This document shows, one piece after another, positions 55,811 through 64,000 of a stretch of 64,000 nucleotides of DNA. Origin of the DNA: Somniosus microcephalus (taxonomy: Eukaryota). Every line of letters starts with the position of its first letter. Position 1 is the stretch's first letter. The stretch is taken from positions 61,752,001 to 61,816,000 of the forward strand of contig CM126209.1 in the NCBI GenBank assembly GCA_052327205.1. The letters are read 5' to 3'. Made by a program: the position numbers and the translations under genes. The notes under the pieces are model-generated. The model ran no database searches and was not told the DNA's origin. It saw only the letters and a list, made by a program, of their open reading frames with translations.

Positions 55811-57813
55811 AAAAATCCCAATTCAATTTAGTTTGTTTCTGATGAAATTTCAGCCAGTCATGTGCAAGTGACAAATTTGCATATACATCCTTAACACAAT
55901 GTGTGATGGACAAGATAATGTTAGATGCAATATATGTCTATTTCTCAATACAAAAACTATTTGATATTCTTGTAGATTAGCATAACTCATGACTAGTCAG
56001 GAAAAACTTAGTGGGCGTAATAAGCTCCAATAGCAACCAACCCACCTACCCAGAAAGACCAGGTATGCATCCTCATCCCACCATCAAGGATTTTCTCTCC
56101 CTTCCTCTGCTCCCCAAACCCAAACTTAGCAAGATCTGTCTCCTTTTCCAACCCTCTCAAAAGTTCTCTGCCTTTCTTCTTGCTACTGCCCGTTAACTGG
56201 GAATCTATTCCCTTTATAGACTCTCCCTACTCCTCCACAAGGCGCATGCATGTACATTTTCTCCAATTTTCCAAGTTGAGAGATTGATCATTAAAAATAA
56301 GATAAAATATAGCCCAATGTTTTCCCTTAAACTAACTCAAAACAATCATTTTAATGAAAATCAATATAGGATATAAATAAATGCTGTTCTGTACAAGACA
56401 ACTTCACGTAATACTATTCTAGTCAAATGATTGCCGGTATTTTCTCCCTCCTCCACTTTTCCTCATACTCCTTCACTTATTGCTCTCTTCACTAATTTTC
56501 ATTTGCCCTGTCACTCCTCATTGAGCAGGCTAACATCAAGCCCAGTGAGCAGGCCACTGAACAGCAATTGTACAGAACAAGAGGGAGCACTATGCAGTGT
56601 TGTCGGACTTTTTCCAACACCTTGGCGGGGGGGGGGGGGGGGGGGGGGGATGGTGACTAGGAGTAAAGAGCATTTCTTGGAAACAGCAAGCCAGAGCATG
56701 CAATGTGAATGGTCAGTCCCGCTACCAATCTAAAAAAACCTGACGTGTAATGCCTGCCCTACTCCAAAATGTGCTGGCTTTTGTTATGCTACCATCTAAA
56801 GTTTGGAGTCTATGGAGTGACTGCCGAGTGATGCTGGTACATACACGCAGTTGCAGTCTCCGAACGAGCCGGGCCTCTTCAGGGGAGGTGATAGCAAACA
56901 GTGAGCTATGGAAAGCCTCAAGAACTCAAGTACCAGGTACCTGAAATCCAGGCAGACCTCCAGCAGGAAACATTGTTAGAGATTTTAAGCACAGAAAAGG
57001 GTGTATTTAATAATTGTGCGTGTTACAAAGTTGATTTTTTTTGTACATTGCCCTCATTATTGACAAAAATTATAAACTTCATTAGTTCCTTTCCAGTTGT
57101 TATATTAAATAGCAACTGTCTGTTGAATCTGGACAGTGGTATTCGTACCTCCTTGATTAGTAATGTTCATACCAACTTGCTGCTTGTTCAATGGTAGATT
57201 GCCTACTTGCTCAAGTACCATTTGTTACTGTTTTATGACTAGGACACAAACAAATAAGGTGCAGTTTGACAAATACTTTCTGGTAATTCCAGAAGTGTGA
57301 CCAATGCTCACTAGAAAAAAAATTATATACATCTCTTTATATCTCAGTCAGTTCTCTGTAGCAATGCTCAACAGGGAGCTGGGAGTGTGTAACGGGGATA
57401 GTGTGACAGAAAGCAAGTGTGATAATTACAGGAAGTGTATGCTACACGCAGAATATGGAGATATATATTTTGACAGAAAAATTACTTGTATTGGTTTCAA
57501 ATGATAAGTTTCAGAACCATATATATAGTTATTAGCCCACAGCAACCAATACAAGTAGCTGGTATTTTCTGAATGCTTATATTTATAAAAATATAAGCCT
57601 CATTTCTTTGACCCATTCACGAACAGATCAATAAGCCTTCAAAGTATTTACAAATGGTCTTACTGAGTTAAGAAGTGCAACCCGCAGCAAACTCTGGCTT
57701 GTTCCAGTAAACTCCCAGCCCTGCAGCATGTGAAATCGGATAGGAAGCTTTGACTGTCAATGCTGCTGTGACTTGTCCTGGGGAAGCCTCCAATATGGGG
57801 GGGGGGGGGGGGG

Positions 57814-58079
57814 GGGTCAAACAGAGTTCAGTGAACTGATGAACCAACACAATATCAGCTTTCCCAAGGTACTCCTTTCACTTATCTCCAATCCCTGCTC
57901 GTTATTAAACTGATGGCTTACGCTAAGTAAATAAAAGAACATTTTCCCCTGCCAAATGACCCAGACACGGACCCGTACGCAAGATTCTGCCGACAAAAAA
58001 CTTTCTGCTGGGTTGATTTAGACCGTTGTGCAGCGACAAATACGAATAGGAGTTCAAAAGTTCAGATGAACCATGAACT
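57814..58079. promoter_or_regulatory. Candidate RAR/RXR enhancer: two cassettes of four nuclear-receptor half-sites
   Basis: GGGTCA aacag AGTTCA g TGAACT ga TGAACC (57814-57845) and AGTTCA aa AGTTCA ga TGAACC a TGAACT (58051-58079). Confidence 0.65.
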
Positions 58080-59730
58080 TTGCCATTTCACAGCAGGCTA
58101 TTCCACAAATATAGCCAAAAAGGGAAAAGTGGCTAAGTCCCTCAGGGACTGATGAAACTTGTGGCCTATAGGTAAAGTAAGTTTGTCAACAAAGTAAGTG
58201 TCTTTCCTCCCAGGGAGTTGGGGAGGGAGGGAAAAGGGAAAATAACTATTGGAGAGCTAACTATGGACTAATAGGGTAAAGTTATTTGCTTTTAGTCCTT
58301 CCATAGATTTGATCTGGATTTCTAAACTTCCTGCCCACATGCTCAGCAAGTTATCCAAAAGAGTCAGGTTTTGTATTTCTGCTCCTGCCTGCTCATCGCT
58401 GCAGCAGCATTCCTCTCCGCCAGGAACTTAGTGGAAAAATCAAAACAAATGGGTCATGACTTTCTGTATTTGCTTAAAGCTGAGCTGCATGTCATCCTGT
58501 GATGTGGCCTTGGCCCCAACTATGTAAAACAGTACAAAGCATAACTAGGTTGGGAACGATAACAAACATGTGCTGCATGTGCCTTTAACATTATGTGCTA
58601 TCAAGGAAATTACTCATTCAGGGTTTCAAAGAAATGAAAACACGCACATACTTTGACATCTTACTAATACCAAGACAGGCAGCTACAATCACCCAGTGGA
58701 AACAAAATCTTGCAAGACAAGCAGCCTAAAACCAATTTGTCAGTTATTAGACACAATTTACCATACTGGTGCCCCCAAAAAATAACATTTGCTTAGCAAA
58801 ATCCTAACAAGGCTTCAGGGAATAGTAATACTGTAGTACAAGTTACAAAAGCTTTTTTCCAATTAGATCCGAACAGGCTTCAAGTCCGACAACAGAATAG
58901 GCTATTCACAGTACTATAAAACTTGGAGGAGCAAAGGATTAGAAAAACTATAAAAGTGAAAGTTCGATGGGGTAGATACGGACCTCATGTTTTGAACCCA
59001 TCGGAAAGGAGAAGACTGCACCATAGTTGTGGGAAGAGAAGGTGGAAAAGATTGTGGACAGATTGCGGTTAGGTGGAAACTTATATAGAACACATTTAAA
59101 GATAGTCAGTACGCGCGCACACACACACTCGATTGTACTGCAGGTGAACTTATCCCTCTTCAGATAGTTGGAGATGGTAAGCTACATTAAGATGCAAGAC
59201 CTAGAGGCTGAAATTCATACGCTCATTAATTTTAGCAAACAAATAAAATGAGCAAAAGGATTTTCAGCAGCCAAATGTTAAGTTGTAGCCCAACAGACAC
59301 CATTCAAGGCTACCTTTGTGAAGGGAGCTCGGAAGCTGCCACAGACAGCTAGGAATGACCTTCACCTGACTGGGGGTGAGAGAATAGCTCGTTCATCACT
59401 AGTAAATTACCATGAAATATAAACTTTGCTAACCTTTGTTTAGTAATAGGCTCCTATGGTATTCATACCAAGGGTAAACTTAAGTGCATTCTACATAGTA
59501 GAGGGGAGCCCCTCCTCACATCAAACACAATGGAACCTACATTCCACTAAAGAAAGGAGAGGAAGTAGACAAACTGAACTATTAATAGGCTGTGACAAAT
59601 GCAATTCCGATTCAATTTTAGGGGGAAAAAAAAGAGTGCAAGGAGAATCCCATCACTGTGTCATGCAATGAGAGGGCTGCAACAATATTTTCAGTAGACT
59701 ATAAATACAGAACCACAACGAGCTAGTATT

Positions 59731-59770
59731 TTTCCTCAAGATATATTATTTTTCCTCAAGATATATTATT
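59731..59770 (+). repeat. 20-bp perfect tandem duplication
   Basis: TTTCCTCAAGATATATTATT x2. Confidence 0.85.
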
Positions 59771-62700
59771 TTGTGGCATAAAGTAATGCAAAATGCGCAT
59801 GCAGATGATGCTTCTGTGCAGCAGTATTAAGGGTACTATGCTGATGTAATAGGGAGAAAATATGGGACGTCCTATTGGAGGACCAACTATAGGAGTATGA
59901 AAGAGATCGTGGTTGTGTACAACAACAATTTATATAGCACCTTTAACATAGTAAAGCATCCTAAGGCACTTCATCGGCATGTTATAAGACAAAAATATCC
60001 AATAGAACAGAATTAGGTTTAGGCTTTTCAAAAATTACTTGCTACTCTAATGACTGAGTAGCTAAGCAATACAGACCAGGAAGGCTCCAGATTCACTTAC
60101 TAATCTCAGTTACAATGGCACTAGGGGTACTACAATTATCATTGGGCAACTGAAAAAACTCAAGATACCTGTGCCAGATAACTATCAGTGGTATTCACCG
60201 TCAAGGCTCACATGAATAATTGTCACCTGGATGAAGTACTGAGCGCCCAGCAGCTGCGGAAATATACCTCTGAAAAGGAGCAGACGCCTACAGGAGACCA
60301 GAGTAGAACATTGGCAGATGGTAAGAGTGAAAATGTACTGGAATTATTTGAAGTGATACTGAATTTCAAAAGGGTTCAAATGCAAAACATAATTTCTATT
60401 GTGATGCATGTTTTTGTATACACCTCATAGCTTCAGTCACAGGGTATATAATTGATGGAAATCCTCATGCTTAACCATGCCCCCATCAAAGCCAAATTAA
60501 ATGGAGGCTTCAGTTCTTCAATTCAAGCCTTCTCTCTCATCAAGTTTGACTGGAATCTCAAGGTAAAGATACAGTAGGCCAAAAAAACACTAGATCAGCA
60601 AGGCTTTACAATGGCTAGAATGGGCTCTCTTCAAATAATGTTAGTGTGAAAGCTTGAAAAGGGAATGCTAGGAAGGCATAGGAACCAGTATGAAACTACC
60701 TATGTTTATTACTGTCTTGAACCAGATAATTTTTTTCTCCAACAATTTCATCCCCTTCTCTTTGGAGGGCACTGACTCCTTGAAGTATGGTGTCAGAATT
60801 ACTAGGTGCTTGCCAGTACCTTGCCCAAATGGCCATTATATGTTTGAGTCCCGACACTTTAGGCAGGAAGAGAGCATCACAGCCAGGTTTGTTCCTTTTC
60901 TTTTCTGCACATCAAGATGGTTCTGCTGAAGTAGTCTCAAAAGAATTGTGCAAGAAACCATGGAAATGTCTGCTAGGCTTCACATGGAGTGAGACAATCC
61001 CAAAGTCTGGAAATGAAGATCCCATAAAAGTCAGATCCTGAGCAAGCTTTGAGACTTTAATTTTCTCATCAACTCTCTCAGAACAAGTTTAAGGTTTGCG
61101 GCGAACATAGCCATCCAAGTGGCAGTGCATTTGAACAAATTACCTACAAAGAATACCACAGCTGCTATTGGTGAACACTCTGGCTCCTGATAAAGAGTAT
61201 ACCTTGAATTTGTAATCATTTCCTTGGACATTGTACCTCAAGTACATGTGATGTTGCTGCTTTATGGCAACGCAGAAACAAGTATTTTGAAACATATAGT
61301 CAGCCATGTTCCAGATGCAATTATTATTACTTCCTACTTGTATTACTTGCTGTAGTGGGGAAATCTTCAATGTTTTATGAAATTGTTCAGGAGCTTTATT
61401 TTCAAGATTATTTGTCCAATCTACGTCATGGAGAGTACAAGTAAAACTCTCAATTTCTTGGCAAAAATGTACCCGTGGTGGGTGAATGAAACCAAGTAAC
61501 TGGCTGAATCAAATATACTTGAATTGATCTGATGGGGTAATCTTCAGGAACTGTGGGAAATTTACCTTTTAGGGGGGGTGGGGGAAGAAAGAGAAACAAC
61601 CATCTCCGACTTAAATTATGCACATTATAACCATTAAAATAGCAGTTAAGACATATTAGGAGTGGGAGGGGAACCTTGGTACAATGGGCGTGCATGTACA
61701 TGGCTATTTTCTACCTCCAAATCTTCACGACATTAGGAATGAATTATTCTTGTGTGCCCGAAAGTAAAACGGGCAACAGCCCTGCCTTCTTCGAATTGTC
61801 ATGCTGTTAGAACAATATTGTCGAGAAGCACCATCTGGGATGTTAGCAGGTTTTGGTGGTGCTTTTGAGCTTTCACATCTCAAATCGGTTTGGTAAAGGC
61901 TCTTCTCTCTGAAATGTTTTAGGATGATGTTCCGGGAGGTTGGCGAGTTGAAATGTTGAATCATCAGCGATAAAGGATAGCCTTGGTAGTCTACATTGAC
62001 CAAGACATGCATTATGTATTACTGATACAAGTCAATTACTTGCAAGATGTCTTGTACAAATGGTATATGGAATGCCAAGGACAAAACTGGCTCAGTAAAT
62101 TTATCTGAAAAGATTCCTGGGGATGAACTTTCCTTCCCAGAAATCCAGATACTTGGATTTTTGCAGGGCAGGGAGAAGAGAATGCATCAAGAGCAATTAG
62201 TTAATTTTATATCATCTGCATAAAGGAAACCATTGTGGAATCAGGGGCTTGGAAGTTAGGGATTAAGTGGATCTCTGAAGTTTGTCCACTTGGGTGGAGA
62301 ACATCTGACCAGATGTTTTTCAGTTCAATACAGAAGGGAATCTATTCAGTTCATGCAATCTACAAGCAAAGATCAAAATTAAAGCAGCTACTGGTCACGA
62401 GATCACATTTGCCAGTGACCATGCTGTATTGGTTTACACATTAGAAGACCTCCATGCCATGAACTGGTCTGCATCGAGGAGAGAGACCATTGGTCCATCA
62501 ATCAGGTGAAAACTGGGGTTCTGTTCCAGACAGCAGATCACTTGCAATACACACTATTATCCCTATTCAGTGAAGGAGCAGAGGTCAGTCCAGAAATGTA
62601 TTTATCTCAGTAGGATCCCATCATTAAGAACAAACAAATGTGCATTCATAGCACTTCTCACATCCTCAGGATACAGAATTTGGAGGAGAAACCACCTGAT

Positions 62701-64000
62701 CAAATGCCATTGTTGTTCCAATATGCAACCAAGCATAATCCAAATGTGGCCATATTAGTGGCCAGGATTGGAAACACGATTGAAGAAAACATCCTGGCCC
62801 ACAGCAGTGTTCTGGAGCCAGAACTGATCCATGATAACTTATTTTGAACATTGGGACACACTCATTTACACCCAAAATGCTTCTGAATCACACTCACTGA
62901 AGAGATCATCCTTAGCCAAGAGCTACAAATTCAAATCTTGTTTCCAGATGTTCAGACTGCATGGAAATCAATCAGGATTGGACCAACTAGAACACATTTC
63001 ATTCACAGCATCAGCTGCTCAATGGCAGCTTCCATTGTGGTAAATCACTATGTATAATGGATTGAAGTGGTGCATTTGCCGATGCCAAAATCATGGTAAT
63101 ACTCTTGCTGAGGTACCTAGCCTTGTACATAGAGGAAGAATGGTATTGCATTACAAAAATTTACTTCACACAATTAGATAAAAACTTTGGCAAAAGCTGT
63201 TGGCATGACCAAGTCTGTTTTGTCTTGAGGTAGCAACACTAAAGCACAGGTAGACAAACTCTATGCCAATAAAGCTAATATGGGTGGCAACTGGTACTCT
63301 ATCAGATTGCCCACAGCTGGAATGAGACATCTTTTTAGGTGATCATAGCAATAGGTTGGAGGATGATTTTTGCAACAAGAATGGAAAGACTCCTTAGATC
63401 GTTCAATAAATGATCCATCACAGGCTTATCCTCAGAGTTCAGCCATTGTTGAAGTACCATTTCTTGGTTGGGTTCAGAAATCTTTGCAGTGTATACATGA
63501 AGTTATGGCGAGCCCAACTCCACCAATATTTTGACACGAGTGCTGAAATAATGAGTGATAATTCCACGACTAGATGTCCCAATCAGGCGCATTGTAATTG
63601 GAGCTTAAAAGGATGCATGTCATTTCTATCAACTATTTCAGAACCGATTGCAATTAACTTTCAGCTCAACCTAACCATATATATTTGAAGACAACAAATT
63701 TTTCTCAAGACATTTTAAAAATGATACTCATTCCCTTGCAGTTAAGTTTCTAATTCTATCTAGCACTGTGCCAGACAAAAAGTGTGATTCCCACAGAAAA
63801 AGAGAAGTTATGATCTTTCTTTTATTCATTACACACTGCCACAAACAGAACCCCGTAACAGGACACCTGCTTGTCTTCCTGTTGGGCAGAGAGCAACACA
63901 ACAGGCATAATATTGGAAATTTGAATGAAGCGTTTTTATTTTGAATAAGTAGGCATTTTGTTGGGTGCCATCCACCACATACTTATTTGAAGAACATCAA

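Overview
Eukaryotic (vertebrate) genomic DNA. The repeat content (HE1/V-SINE, CR1 with an esterase ORF1, RTE, Penelope-like and Harbinger remnants) points to a shark or ray. The window holds a complete 7-exon cyp26a1 (retinoic-acid hydroxylase, 494 aa, + strand, 3203-7799) with its conserved proximal DR5 RARE. Tail-to-tail with it lie the last six coding exons of myoferlin (MYOF, - strand, 40614 down to 9113); the rest is MYOF intron filled with nested transposable elements. Main observations: (1) two compact four-half-site retinoic-acid-response-element cassettes deep in a MYOF intron (57814-58079), plus extra DR5/DR2 elements upstream of, inside and downstream of cyp26a1; (2) a second candidate MYOF terminal exon (19625-19666) with the same length and phase as the canonical one and its own ~2 kb UTR-like region; (3) convergent poly(A) signals of cyp26a1 and MYOF only 33 nt apart; (4) a young RTE-X-like LINE nested in another LINE, a horizontal-transfer candidate. 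All calls were made by eye without database searches; repeat boundaries are approximate.
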